A DNA stretch of 64,000 bases from the human T2T-CHM13v2.0 reference genome, Homo sapiens. The notes beneath the pieces are model-generated. The model saw nothing but the letters and a program-made list of their open reading frames with translations, was not told where the DNA came from and searched no databases. The stretch lies in the NCBI RefSeq assembly GCF_009914755.1, contig NC_060947.1; one strand, written 5' to 3'. The position numbers and the translations under genes are program-made. Position 1 is the first letter of the stretch; each line of letters begins with the position of its first letter. This document shows positions 30,012-45,677 of this stretch, in pieces.

Positions 30012-32160
30012 ATGTAGAAAACCATAACGACTCCACAGAAAAACTGTTAGAACTAATAAACAAATTCAGTAAAGTTTCAGGATAAAAAATCAACAGCAAA
30101 AATCAGAAGCTTTTCTATACACCAATAGTGAACTGTCTGAAAAGACAATTATGAAAACAATCCCATTTACAATAGGATAAAAAAGAATAAAATACTTTGG
30201 AATAAAGATAACCAAGGAGGTGAAATACCTGTACACTGAATACTACAAAACATTGAAAAAAGAAATTAAAAGAGACCCAAACAAAGAAAAGGTATCCAAT
30301 GTTTGTGGATGGAAAGACTTCATATTTTGAAATGTCCATACTATCCAAAGTGATCTACAGATTCAATGCTATCCCCATTATAGTCTCAATGGCATTTTTT
30401 AAAGCAATAATAAAAAAACCCTAAAATTTATATAGGAACAACAACAACAAAAAGACTGAGAATAGCCAAAGTGAACTAGCAAAAAGAGAACAAAGCTGGA
30501 GTCTTCATATTTCCTCATTTCAAATTTTATTACAAAGCTACAGTAATTACAAAACAATATTAGTCTGACCTAAAGACAAATGTATAGACCAATGGAACAG
30601 AAGAGAGAGCACAGAAATAAATCCACACATATATGGTTAATTGATCTTTGACAAGGGTGCCAAAATATACAAAAGGGAAAGAGTAGTTTCTTCAATAAAT
30701 GTTGATGGGAAAACTGGATATCCACATGCAAAAAAAAAATGAAATTGAACTTTTCCTTTATACCATACACAACAATCAACTCAAAATAAAGACTTACCAT
30801 AAAACTTGAAACTGTACAACTTCTAGAAAAAACATAGGCAAAAATTCTCTTCATATTGATCTTAGCAATAATGTCTTGAATGTAACATAAACACCACAAA
30901 AAACAAAAGCAAAAATATATAAGTGGGGCTACACCAAACTAAAAAGCTTTTACACAGCAAAAGAAATAATTTACAGAGTGAAAAGGCAACTTACATAATT
31001 AGAGAAAATATTTTCCAATCATATATCTATTAAGGAGTTCATTTCCAAAATTTATGAGAAATCCTAAAACTCAACAGCATACAGACACACATGCACACAC
31101 ACACACAACTCGATTAAAGATAGGGAAATGATTTGAACAGACGTTTCTCCAAGGAAGTCATACAAATACTTAACAGATATATAAAAACATGCTCAACATC
31201 TAATTTTCATGGAAATGCAAATCAAAACTACAAATAAGATAACACTTTACACCTGTTAGGATGACTATCATTTTAAAATGATAACAAGTGTTGATGAGGA
31301 TGTGAAGAAATTGGAACCCTTGTCCACTACCAGTGGGAATGGAAAGTGGTGAAGCCAATATGGAAAACAGTATGTAGATTCTTCAAAGAAAATTAAGAAT
31401 AGAACTACTATATTATCCACCAATCCCACCACTAGATTTTTACCCAAAGAATTGAAACCAGAATCTCAAAGAGATATTGACACTCCTATGTTTATTGCAA
31501 CATTATTCACAATAGCCAAGATGTGAAACAACCCAAATGTTCATGAACAACATGAACAGATGAATGAATAAAAATGTCGTATATACATACAATGGAATAT
31601 TATTCAGCCTTATAGAATAAGAAAATCTTGCCGTTAGAAACAGCATACATGAACTTCGAAGACATTATGCTAAGTGAAATAAGCCAGTCACAGAAGGGAA
31701 CATACTTCATGATTCCACTGATTCGAGGTATCTATAATAGCAAAACTCATAGAAGTAGAGAATACAAGAGTGGTTACCAGGGTCTGGAAGGTGGGGGAAA
31801 GTGGGGGAAATAAGGGATTCTTGATCAATGGCTATAACATTTCATTTATGCTATATGAATAAATTCCAGAGATCTGATATACAGCATAGCGCTTATAGTT
31901 AACAGTGTATTGCACACATCAAAGTTTTTTAAGAGGGTAGATCGTATGTTAACTGTTCTTACTACAAACAGAACAAAACAAAGTAAAGGGACCCAAACGC
32001 TTTTGGAAGTTGTTGAATATGTTTATGACCTTAAACATGGTGATGATATCACAGTGTATGCACTTGTCCAAACTCATAAAATTGTATACATTAAATTTGT
32101 GCAATTCTTTGTAGATCAATTATACCTTAATAAATCTGTTAAAAATGAAATAAAACAGAA
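30012..32160 (+). mobile_element. L1MA9-L1MB-like ORF2 3' half and 3' UTR
   Basis: aaaactgttagaactaataaacaaattcagtaaag...; ends caattataccttaataaatctgttaaaaa. Confidence 0.88.
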
Positions 32161-32334
32161 AGAAAAAAGTTAATATTTAAAATCTGGGTTTATGTTCACA
32201 AATTTTGGTGCCAAAATTGTAACTTTTGAATAAAATGATGGTTATAATAGATGATAGTTGACCAACTTGACAAAATAGCACATCTTAGAAGCCTATGTAA
32301 GACTCTCTCCTCCTTTTTAAAAGTCCAGATTATT

Positions 32335-32510
32335 TTATTTAATCCTCACAACAACCCAATTAGTTAGGTATTTTATTGAAGAGAAATTTAAGTTTTAGAG
32401 AGGTTATGTGACTAACTACAGAAGTTACATAGCTAATAAGTGGTAGATGAGGGTCATGGATACAGATACATGCCAAAGCCTAGGTGCTTTACCACAACAT
32501 TGTACTGCCT
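32335..32510 (-). mobile_element. MIR
   Basis: tttaatcctcacaacaaccc...agagaggttatgtgact...acatagctaataagtggtaga. Confidence 0.7.
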
Positions 32511-32574
32511 CTTGGCTTTCTCTGACTCACCACCAGCAAAGAGTAAAAGTGCCTTATAACTACTGTTAATGATA

Positions 32575-32985
32575 ATATTGTACAGCAGGTCTCTGGAATT
32601 TATTCATACAGCATAACTGAAATGTTGTAGCCATTGACTAAGAATCCCTTATTTCCGCCACCTTCCAGACCCTGACAACCCCTATTGTATTCTCTGCTTC
32701 TATGAGTTTGACTATTTACAGGTATCTCGAATCAGTGGAACCATGCAGTATTTGCCCCTCTGTGACTGGTTTATTTCACATAGCATAATGTCTGCAAGGT
32801 TCATCTATGCCATTTCTCATGGCAAGATTTCCTTCTTCTATGAGACTGAATAATATCCTGTTGTATGTATATACCACATTTTCTTTATCCATTCATCTGT
32901 TTGTGTTGTTCATGAACAACACAAGTGCTGTTTCGTATCTTGGCTATTATGAATAATGCTGCAATGAACATGGAAGTATCTCACC
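32575..32985 (-). mobile_element. L1MA9-L1MB-like 3' UTR fragment, inverted relative to 31480-31890
   Basis: ttctctgcttctatgagtttgacta; gactgaataatatcctgttgtatgtatataccacattttctttatccattcatc. Confidence 0.85.
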
Positions 32986-33039
32986 ATGCTTTTTGCTATA
33001 GCCTGGTGGTTTTGGCCACCAGGGAGCTTTTATATTTGT

Positions 33040-34520
33040 TTCCAATCTTTACTTTTTACTCTCTAAAATACAAGTTATATAAGGTAGGTTTCTTTTCTGT
33101 CTTATTCACTACTGAATCATCAGCACCTAGAATACAGCCTGAACACAAAAGTTGTTCAATAAATATTTATTGTTGGAATATATGGTGATACTACTCTAGG
33201 GCTTACATAATTTCACTCATAATCAAAGAATATGGCTACCTAGCCAGTTTCTACTCACAGCTGATATTTATAGTGGCAGCCACTTTGATCCTATAGCCTA
33301 GAAGCTGGATGCTCCCCAAGCTGCCTTTTTTTAATTTTCCAAATTAGAATTCCAGGAATGACTGATCTTGGCAAGTGATTTTTCCACTATAGATGGTGAA
33401 AGCTCATGTGGGTGTGTGCCTTGGTATCTATTTCTGGTTTGGCCCACTTAATAGAGTCCCTGCACCTATTGATCAAAAACGCTACTCTGTTATTTTTGGA
33501 GGGATGGCCCCAGAAATTTTCATTCTATGGCAAGGTTGAGATGGAGATATGCTTCTGGCTTTTAAAGTTGGAATTTAGAAGGCACTTTCCCAATAAAACA
33601 ATGTTGTATATTGTATTAATTTAAAATTTAATGCAACAAACGTTTACTAGACATATATTCTGTTTCAGATTCTGTGCTCGGCCTTGGGAATTAATGGTAA
33701 GCAAGAAAATTATTTTTTTCAAGTAATTCACGGTTTCATCATAGATACAAACAACAAAAAGATGGTGAGACCTTCCATGTTCTGTGCTAGCACTGAAGAG
33801 TGATCAATCGTATCTGTTTGGCAGATCAAGAGAGTCAAGAAAGGTTTATAGAGGAGATAATGTTAAAGCTGAGTCTAGAGGGATAAGTAGAGATTTTCCA
33901 GGCAAACACATAGAAAAGGGAATTATAGGTAGAAGGAACAGCACACACAAGGCATAAATGCATAAAATGGATATGTGAAACAACATAATTTATTTCAAAA
34001 ACTGAAGAAGCATGAGGCTGGAAGTGGGCAGGAGTCAGCTTAAGAAAGGACGGGAATACCATTTTAAGAGAAAAAATTTCATACTTTCATCAATGGGAAG
34101 TCTTTGAATGTACCTGGACAGAGAAGTGGTGACTTATTCAAATCATTCTGGCAGAAGAATGAAATGTTGAAGGTCTGAACTGGATGAAAAGGGGAGATAG
34201 CAACGACACATGTTATGGAGATTGAAGCTGTAGGATTTAGTGATGAGTTATTAGACATCACACTTAGGCAAATTAAAGGAGAGAGAGAAATGCAGATTGC
34301 AATTCACTGCACCGAGAAATCCAGAAGAAGCAGTCTTCTAGTTTGGTGGAGAGAGAGTTGGAATGGAGAGAAAATGGAAGCAGAGAGAGAGAGTTCAATT
34401 TGGGACTTGTTAATGTTGAATTGCCTGTAGAATATTCAGGTGGTGAATCCCAGTAGGCAGTTATAAATATAGGTTTGAAGCTCAAGTAACAGAAATTATG
34501 GGATGTGAATTTCTTTCTGT
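33040..34520. mobile_element. L2 fragments (33040-33190 plus, 33630-34520 minus)
   Basis: gtcttattcactactgaatcatcagcacctagaa...caataaatattt; caacaaacgtttact; gagttcaatttgggacttgttaatgttga. Confidence 0.65.
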
Positions 34521-34740
34521 TCAAATGTTCTGAATGTCAATAAAATGTCCAGAAAAGAAAAAAGTATAGAGCCAAGATTGGATCATAAATCACATTGAGT
34601 AGAATCTTCATTCTTATAGGCTTCAATTTCCCTAAATATGCTTCCTTTTATATGGGCAAAACCTGATCCAACATCCAAGTTTGTAAAGTGGATATTATTA
34701 GTTCATAATGCCAATATTTTAAAGGGAGAAGGGATACTCT

Positions 34741-34768
34741 GTGTTGTGTGTGTGTGTGTGTGTGTGTG
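34741..34768. repeat. (TG)n microsatellite
   Basis: About 12 TG units. Confidence 0.95.
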
Positions 34769-35046
34769 CATGTGTTCAGAATCCTCTTTAAAATTTTAAC
34801 AGTTGTTTTTAGTTATATCTGATGAAAGTAAGGAAAAAAGAATATTGATTCCTTTTATTTGTCTAGTTCTTAATGATACTCAAATGCCTTTCACATTCAT
34901 TATCCACTGGATTTTTACAACACTCTTGTTGAGTTACATAAGGCAGAGATTGCTGTCAGTATTTCATTATTTCATATAGAAGAAAACTGAGGTTTAAAGA
35001 AGCTATGTGACTTTCTCAGGGTTAGTAAATAATATTATGCCTCTCC

Positions 35047-35160
35047 TACAGTAACCAACCATCCCAGTCTATCTGGGACCAGTGGAATTTTCAGAATACA
35101 GAACTTTCAGTTATAAAAGCAGAATAATTCAGAACAATCCAGTATGAATTGATTGCCATA
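35047..35160. mobile_element. MER81-like hAT-Blackjack MITE between MIR fragments (34870-35030, 35175-35380)
   Basis: gtaaccaaccatcccagt...gggac...actttcagttataaaagc...gaattgattgcc resembles recalled MER81 after CpG decay. Confidence 0.6.
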
Positions 35161-36574
35161 ATATCCTTCACCAAATAGACTTAAATTCAAATCTAATCTC
35201 TGATTTGTAACTTACTAGGAATTTTATCTTAGGTAAGTTTTTCAACCTCTCTCAGATTTTATTTGATCAATTAATAAAATTATGATAATATCTTTCTCAC
35301 AATGTTATGATAGATTAACAAGATGATGGTTGTAAAGGTAGGGAACATGGAAGCTGGCCCAGATTAGGCACTCAATAATTAGGGGTTCCCTTTCTCTTAT
35401 CAATGAACTGCTACTCTTCACTCCATATCAAGCTATCTCAAGCAAGCTTGCACATCTTGGGCATAGTTTCCTATTACCTAGAAACAACACGAAACATCTC
35501 CTGACTAGAGTGCTTTGTGAGAAAGTCTCCTATTGCTTTGGAATTAAGAAAGTACATATGCCTTGGCGCTGGCTGGAACCACATGTAGGCTACTGGGGGG
35601 GAGTGGGCTATTCTTTAGAACATATGAGAGTCCATTCATTATTTCTACCATGAATCTTTTATGTGGGTAGCAGTATGTTTACATAGCATACGAATGGATT
35701 TTCCAACCTTGTCTGCTGCTGCTTTTCAGAGCCCAGAGGACAAATAAGGGGATCTGAACACATGGGAGAATGAGCTGAATCAAAAAGTACGGGGAACACA
35801 GCAAGCAATTCTGGCCTTTCCCTACTGTTTCCCAAAAGGCGCAGCTCCAGCCTTCCCCCATCTTTTATTGTTCCCCTACCCTTACTTCTGGTAGTTTCTT
35901 TAACCTTTTTCCTTCCCCCTCAAAAGTTCTTACATTCTCTCTACTCCCTCATTTATTCTCTCTTCCACTCAGTCCAATTCAGTCTTCAAGACTTAAGTCA
36001 GTCTCTGCCTTCTCAAGGAAGTCTAATCCACACTCCAGTGTTGCTTACATCTTCCCCTGCTCAATGAAACTTTGAACACATCATCAGAACTCTAGAGGTA
36101 CTTGTTAATAGTTTTCCCCTGTTAGTGATATGTTCTCAATGCAATGTTTGTAACCAGGGATTGTTCTTACCTTCTGTGTTCACCCCAACACCTGGCACTA
36201 AAGCAGATTTAACAATAGAGATTTGTGGGTTAATTGACCAAGGCCACTGCATAAAATTCTTCCTTGTGCCCACGCTATGTATACTTTACTCACCTGAGAA
36301 GCCCTTATACTAAGTGAATTGGTGTGTTTCACTTATGATCTCTCTCATTGCCCTAGACTTAGGCTAGAAGTTCTTGTCTTTAGGGCAGGGTCTGCACATA
36401 TGCTATATATGGTCTGAGTAGTTCCAAAACTCTCTCCTGCTCTTCCTAAACTTGCTTCTTATTCTATGAAGCCCTTTTGTTTTATTCAGGAGGCCGAGAA
36501 CAGTCACACAAGCACATCCCTAGATCTGGGAAACATTAAAATAATCTTATGTGGGAGACGTAATATTTTCTGTT

Positions 36575-36812
36575 TAAAACACTGGAGTCAAATAAACCCG
36601 AGGAGTTAAAATCCCAGATCTGCCTTATTAGATATGTGGATTTAGAAAAGTTCTTAATCTTTCTAAGTCCCTTTTCTCTCCTCTGTTAAATAGGGATAAT
36701 AGTAACTTCCTCATAGTGTTATTGAGAATTGAGAGAGTTTTTACGTGCTAAGCACTTACTATAGGGCCTCATTTATAGCATCTGCTTAATACAATGTGAG
36801 ATGTTATTTTTA
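36575..36812 (+). mobile_element. MIR
   Basis: ctggagtca...aatcccagatctgcc...ctctgttaaatagggataatagtaacttcctcatag...aagcactta. Confidence 0.75.
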
Positions 36813-37369
36813 TTTATATTAATATTTAAATGGATTATAGTCACATCTTGACTAGGTAATAGGCTTAGATAAACATGATAAATTATACAGCACAGAGTAT
36901 TGGGTACCTATTCAAGATGAAAGAAGCTCTGGGTAGAAGAGAAAGAGGAATAGAAAAGTTACCTGATGCAGGAAAAAAGACCTAAGTACTTGTGTGTCTG
37001 CATCCATCATCAGCTAGCTCTCAGAGTGAGACTAAAGTACTGTTCACAAGAAGAGGCTGAAAGGGAGTGACATAAAACACTGTTTGACAGTAGATAATTG
37101 CCATCTCCAGTTCTTCAGCTGGATTGCAGTATGCCATAAAGGGGGCTTTTTTTCCTTTGGTTCTATCAGTCTAGTAGTAAAGAAACAACCTTAATTAATA
37201 CAAGGAGATGGTTAATTTGAAGAAACCAGTTTTCACGGCCTCATGCTACTGAGGTTATCCCACTTAATGTAGTACCTGAGACTTTTGCTACCCATCTTCT
37301 CCCTCCTATATCGAGTCCCATCTTTTTGGTTTCCATCATGAGAAAACTTCTGCTAGTTTCTTCGTCCAG

Positions 37370-38290
37370 CCAACAAAAGATTATTGTGCAACTACTACAT
37401 GCCAGAATTACATGCTTGTACTTTGATTTTAACTAGAATTAGAACTGTGAAAAAGAGAGATATGGACTCTGCTTTCATAGAGTTTACCTTCAGGTAGAAG
37501 ATGAAGAAATGAAAATGAAAAATTTTAAGCAAGTGAGTTAAGTGCTGTTAGCATGGAAGTATGGGTGCTATGGGAGAAGGAAGGGGAATCATCTATCCAA
37601 TGTCGGGGAGGATGAAAAGATTGAGATAAAGAAAGTCTTCTTGAAACAATTGATACTTAATTTCAGATTAATTACAGATTAATTATTAATTACAGATTAG
37701 CCAGTGGTAAAAGACTGAGATCTGGACAGGAGAGGAGAGAGTGTTTAGGCTAAGAAACTAGTGTATGTGAAAGCCTAGAGGTAAAAAAAAAATCGTGGCA
37801 CATAGAAGGAACTAAAAGTATTTTCATGTGACTGGGATAAAGAGTATGAAGAGGGCAGTGTCAACAGATGGGACTTGAGAGACAGGGGCCAGATTATATA
37901 CGGACTTGTAGGCTACATTAGGAAGTTTGGAAGCTACATTTATAATAGTAAGGCATTGATGCATTTTAAGACAATCATTAGATTTCTGTTTTAGAAATAT
38001 TCCTTCTGCTATATCATGTAGGATGAATTGGAAAAAGTCATAAGTGGAATCACAGAGACAAATCAGAAAGCTTCCAATGCAGTAATTAGGCAAGAGCCAG
38101 TGGCAATCTCAACTAAGGTGATTATTGTGGGCAAGTAAAAATAAATACATATTTGAGAGGTATTTAGAAGGTAGAATCAAAAGTATTTATTGACTGATTG
38201 GTTGTAAGGGATCAGAGAATGGAGTTAGGTTTTGGGCTTGAGCAATTGGTGAATGGAGATTCCATTATTTGAGGCAGCAAACACAGTTAA
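37370..38290 (-). mobile_element. L2
   Basis: caacaaaagattattg...ctctgctttcatagagtttac; ggggccagattat; ttttgggcttgagcaattggtgaatggag. Confidence 0.75.
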
Positions 38291-38775
38291 TTTGCTAAAG
38301 GGATTTATAGTAACATTTGTATTTTTACAGGGGTTTCTTAGACACACTTCAAGGTGAGAGTATTAGGTAATAAGGAAGGTCATTGAGGGATTGTTTTTGA
38401 GATTGATTTTTGATCCAAGGGAATTCAAGCTCCTTTCATGTCACATGCAGTGGCACCTACAAGGCTGGACCTGTGTGTAAAACAATAAAGCTAATCATGA
38501 ATCAGACCTATGTTTCTCAAACTGCATTCAGGTGAATTATGGAAATTCTGCATAGATACTTCAGAAGCTGCTGTGTATATCAGTGAGAGGGAGGCAGGGG
38601 ATAAGGCCCACCACTACCTCAGTTTCATCCAGAGAATGTATCAATTTTATATACTGATTTTGCACATAAGATTTTATTTGCATAATTGCTCTGCTTCTAA
38701 AGTAAAACTTTTAAAACTGCTGGATAAGAACACTTAGTCTGTAAGCATGGCCATTCATTTCACCAATAGTTTCTT

Positions 38776-41400
<2,625 letters not shown>

Positions 41401-41882
41401 AGATTATTTTCATCAGGTCTGATTAAACTGAGTTCATGATAAGCCACTGATTATGCACCTTATAAAATGGAAAAGATTACTGTGTGCACAAGCCATAATG
41501 TCATCCTGCCTTTGCATGCTGGTGTGGTCTAATAAAAATCCTTCCCTGAAAGAAACATTTGCTTTGTAGTCCCACACAAACCCAGGCATGTCATATTGAT
41601 TTCCATAAAGTTGTTGTCATAGAAATGCATAATGGTTGTGTCTTTTTTTTCTAGGATTGAGTGGTAGGAGATGACACAGGTAGAAAAACCTGATTTAGGA
41701 AATGAGAGAAAATAGCAACAATCTACTAGCAATTAGGAAATTTTAAAAAGACATGAAGATTTCCATTCAGTTAACTTTTGACATGTCCTCCAAAGTATTC
41801 CTCCAGGAATTGGTCACACTGGCACAGATCCCAAAAGGGTAATTAACACACCTGCATTTCACAAAGAAAATGTGCCAAGTGT

Positions 41883-42356
<474 letters not shown>

Positions 42357-42849
42357 TGAGTATGCAAACTCAGAGTTCCACTTAATCAAAAAATGAGTGT
42401 GTGAGAGCCTGCTCTTTGTAAGTTGGGTATACCAAGAGGCTCTGTGATTCTCTAATGTAATGCTGATTTGTTGTGGTTGTCTAGTGTATTCCTCCTTTGT
42501 TGTGGTGTCTTCTGGGCACCTGGGCCTAGTCCTTTCTCTTTGATAGTTAAACTTTTTTAATTATTTTTTTGGGGAAAACTGATGCCATTCGCTATAAGCT
42601 TATTCACTGACCTACTTTTCAATGGATGGTCACTTTTTAAATTACCCTAGTACTTTCCCTTTTTCTTCTATCTGTATTCCTCCTCTTTCAGCATAATCTA
42701 TTGAGCTGAATCTTTAATCACATCCTATACTTGATTCTACCCCTCTCCTTAACACAAACCTCTTGGCCTCTACTCTTTGCACATGCTCAACATCCTGAAA
42801 AAAATTCACTTTTTTTACTTCCCTCTTCCTTCTGGCTAGCTCCCTTCAT

Positions 42850-43010
42850 TATTTTTAGAGCTCTATTGAGGTACAATGAATATACAAATAATTGCACATA
42901 TTTAAATGTATACAACTTGATAATTTGGAACATATTCATACACCTGTGATATCATCACCACAATCAATGTATTAAATACATTCATCACCTCCAAATATTT
43001 TCTTGTGCTC
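42850..43010 (-). mobile_element. L1MB-like 3' terminus
   Basis: agctctattgaggtacaat...ttgcacatatttaaatgtatacaac...atcaccacaatcaa. Confidence 0.75.
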
Positions 43011-43214
43011 CTTTGCTTGTTTGCTGTCTTCATTCTTTCATTGCCAAAATACTCATTGTTTCCATTTACTCACTCTTCCAAAATACTTATTGCTTCCATT
43101 TTCTCAATGCCCACGTAGTAATCATAGCTAATATTTAGTGAATGCTTTACATAATTTAACTTATTAATCTTCACAATAAGTCCATGTGGTAGGTACTATT
43201 TATTATTACCCTAT

Positions 43215-43590
43215 TGAAATGATTTGGCTCGGTGTTCCTACCCAAATCTCATGTTGAATTGTAATCCCCACATGTTGAAGGAGTTTCCAGGTGGGAGGCG
43301 ACATCATGGGGTCATACTTCCTCCTTGCTGTTCTCATGATAGAGTTCTCACGAGATCTGGTTGTTCGGAAGCGTGTAGCGCTTCCCCGTTCATTCTCTCT
43401 CTCCCTGCTCTGCCATGGTAAAGATGTACTTGCTTCCTCTTCGTCTTTTAAAATGATGTAAGTTTCCTGAGGCCTCTCAGCCATGCTTCCTTTTCAGGCT
43501 ACAGAACCGTGAGTCAATTAAACCTCTTTTGTTAATTAATTACCCAGTCTCAGGTAGTTCTGTATAGCAGTGTGAGAATAGACTAATACA
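43215..43590 (+). mobile_element. MaLR solo LTR (MSTA-like) inserted in a MIR (43115-43740, minus strand)
   Basis: TG...CA ends; cccaaatctcatgttgaattgtaatcccc; ends gtgtgagaatagactaataca; 5-bp TSD cctat at 43210-43214 and 43591-43595. Confidence 0.93.
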
Positions 43591-45312
43591 CCTATAAATT
43601 TTATAAATGAAGAAACATAGTCATGAAGAGGTCAAACAACTTGTTCAAAGTCACACAAACAGTAAGAGGTAGAACCAGGATTACAATCCAAGCAGTCTGG
43701 CTCCAGAGTTGATGCTCTTTACAACTATGCTGTACTGTCTCCCAGTAACACTTTTGGAGATCAGTAACCTTTCAGTCCAGTCCAATAGTGTCTATTTAGT
43801 GCATCTATATCTGTTCTTTTCCTGTGACACCACACTATTTGGATTTCCCTTTTACTTTTATTATTGCTCTTCCTTGATATTTTATGTAAGTTCCACTTTC
43901 TATTTCCCTACCTTCAGTTTAAAACACTTTGTCTTCAATTCTAATAATTTCCTGCTTTGAATGACATATCAACTTTCACAGTTTGATTATCATCTACTTG
44001 GATAAATCTCAAATTGCTGTCTCTTGCCTTATATAGACAAGCAAGTCTAATTGTTGCAAAGAATGTTAAGCATCATTTGTAACAACCACTGCGAACTAGG
44101 AAGATCCTGCTATTATCGCAAAACAGCATTTCATAAAATTTCACTAATCACTTTTCCCCCATGTCTCTAACTAACTTCTTCCTCATGACTTCCCTGTTTT
44201 GGAAATGGTGACTTCATTCATCAAAATTCAAAAACTTGAAATGATTCTCCAACTATTCTTTTTGGACTCCCTCATACTGTTAGTAAATAAAATAAACACT
44301 TAAAATATTTACTGGATATCTACTATGTGCCAGCTCTGTGCTAGGCACAGTTGATATAATCACTGACAAGTTTCCTGCTTTCATAAAACTTCTTAAAATC
44401 ATTTTAACATATCTTGCCTCACTTCTTACTGAAACCCATTTCCAAGCCAAAATAATTGTAAGGCTAGATGTATTCTATACCTTCAAAAATGATAGTAATT
44501 AGTACTGTCATTTATGTAGGTTAGAGGGAGCAGAAGTAAAGTCATTGGGTGTAAACTATTGGGAAGACAGGCTTTTGTCAAGGAATGTAGATTAATTTTT
44601 TAACATAGATACTTTACAGTGGAATAATTTTGAACTAGTGAACATGCTTACTGTAAGTATGTAAGCACTGACTAGATTCATTCATTCATGTAACAGATAT
44701 TTATTATATGCCTACTGTTTACCAAGCTCTGTGTCAGACTGTGGGTATACACAAGTGAATACGATAAAAAGTTATTGTGTTCATGGAGCTTATCTTCGCA
44801 AAAAGGTGACCTTGTTTTAGTCAGGGAAGTAGTAAATATGATTCTAGCACTTGTTGGAAGACTGGACTAGATAATGCTAAACTCCATTCTAACTATCATA
44901 GTTTATAATTCTGACATCTCTCTGTCCCTAATTACTTCTCCTTACCATATATACTCTGAATTACTACCAGAAAATGTTTCTCAATACAGCCTTGATAATA
45001 TTACTTTCTAAATCAAGTGACTCTGATAACTTTCTACTGACAAAAAAATCTCACTTTAGCCTGTCCATAAAGGCTGTCAGTTATTTCATCCCACTTTCTT
45101 TCCCACCCTTTTTTTATTATTATCCTCTAAAAACTGTAAATTTTAGCAAGGTGGCCTGTCAAATGCACCTTGGAAAGGCTACAACACATAAATAGGTCCA
45201 TTCATCTTTCATTAATTCGATTAATCCATTCTTTACAAATATTAATATAGCACTTAATTGAGTGCAATCATTGATCTAGATACTAGAACTGTGAATAAAA
45301 TTAACAAAACGC

Positions 45313-45677
45313 TGTCTTACTCTGTTTTGTGTTGCTATAACAGAGTACTTGAGGTTGGGTGATTTATAAAGAAAAAATAATATTTAGATCGTGGTCTTCA
45401 GGCTGGGAAGTTCAAGAAACATAGTGCTGGCATCCACTTGGCCTCTGGTGAGGGCATTCATGCTGCATAAAATTATGGTGGAAAGTCAAAGAGAAGCAGG
45501 CATGTAGGAAGAGCAAAACCTGAAAAGCATCCTGGCTTTGCCACAACCCAATTTCATGAGACCTAATCCACTCCTGAGAGGATTAATCTAGGATCATCAG
45601 AGCAAGAATGAACTTACTACTGTCAGAATAGCACTAAGCCATTTATGAGATATCTGGCCCTGTGACCCAAACACCTG
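45313..45677 (-). mobile_element. MaLR LTR (MSTB/MSTC-like), truncated by L1
   Basis: tgtcttactctgttttgtgttgctataacagagtacttgaggttgggtgatttataaagaaaa...tgacccaaacacct. Confidence 0.85.

Noticed and set aside
35588-35606. CTCF-like motif ctactgggggggagt
   Set aside because: It has three mismatches at core positions.
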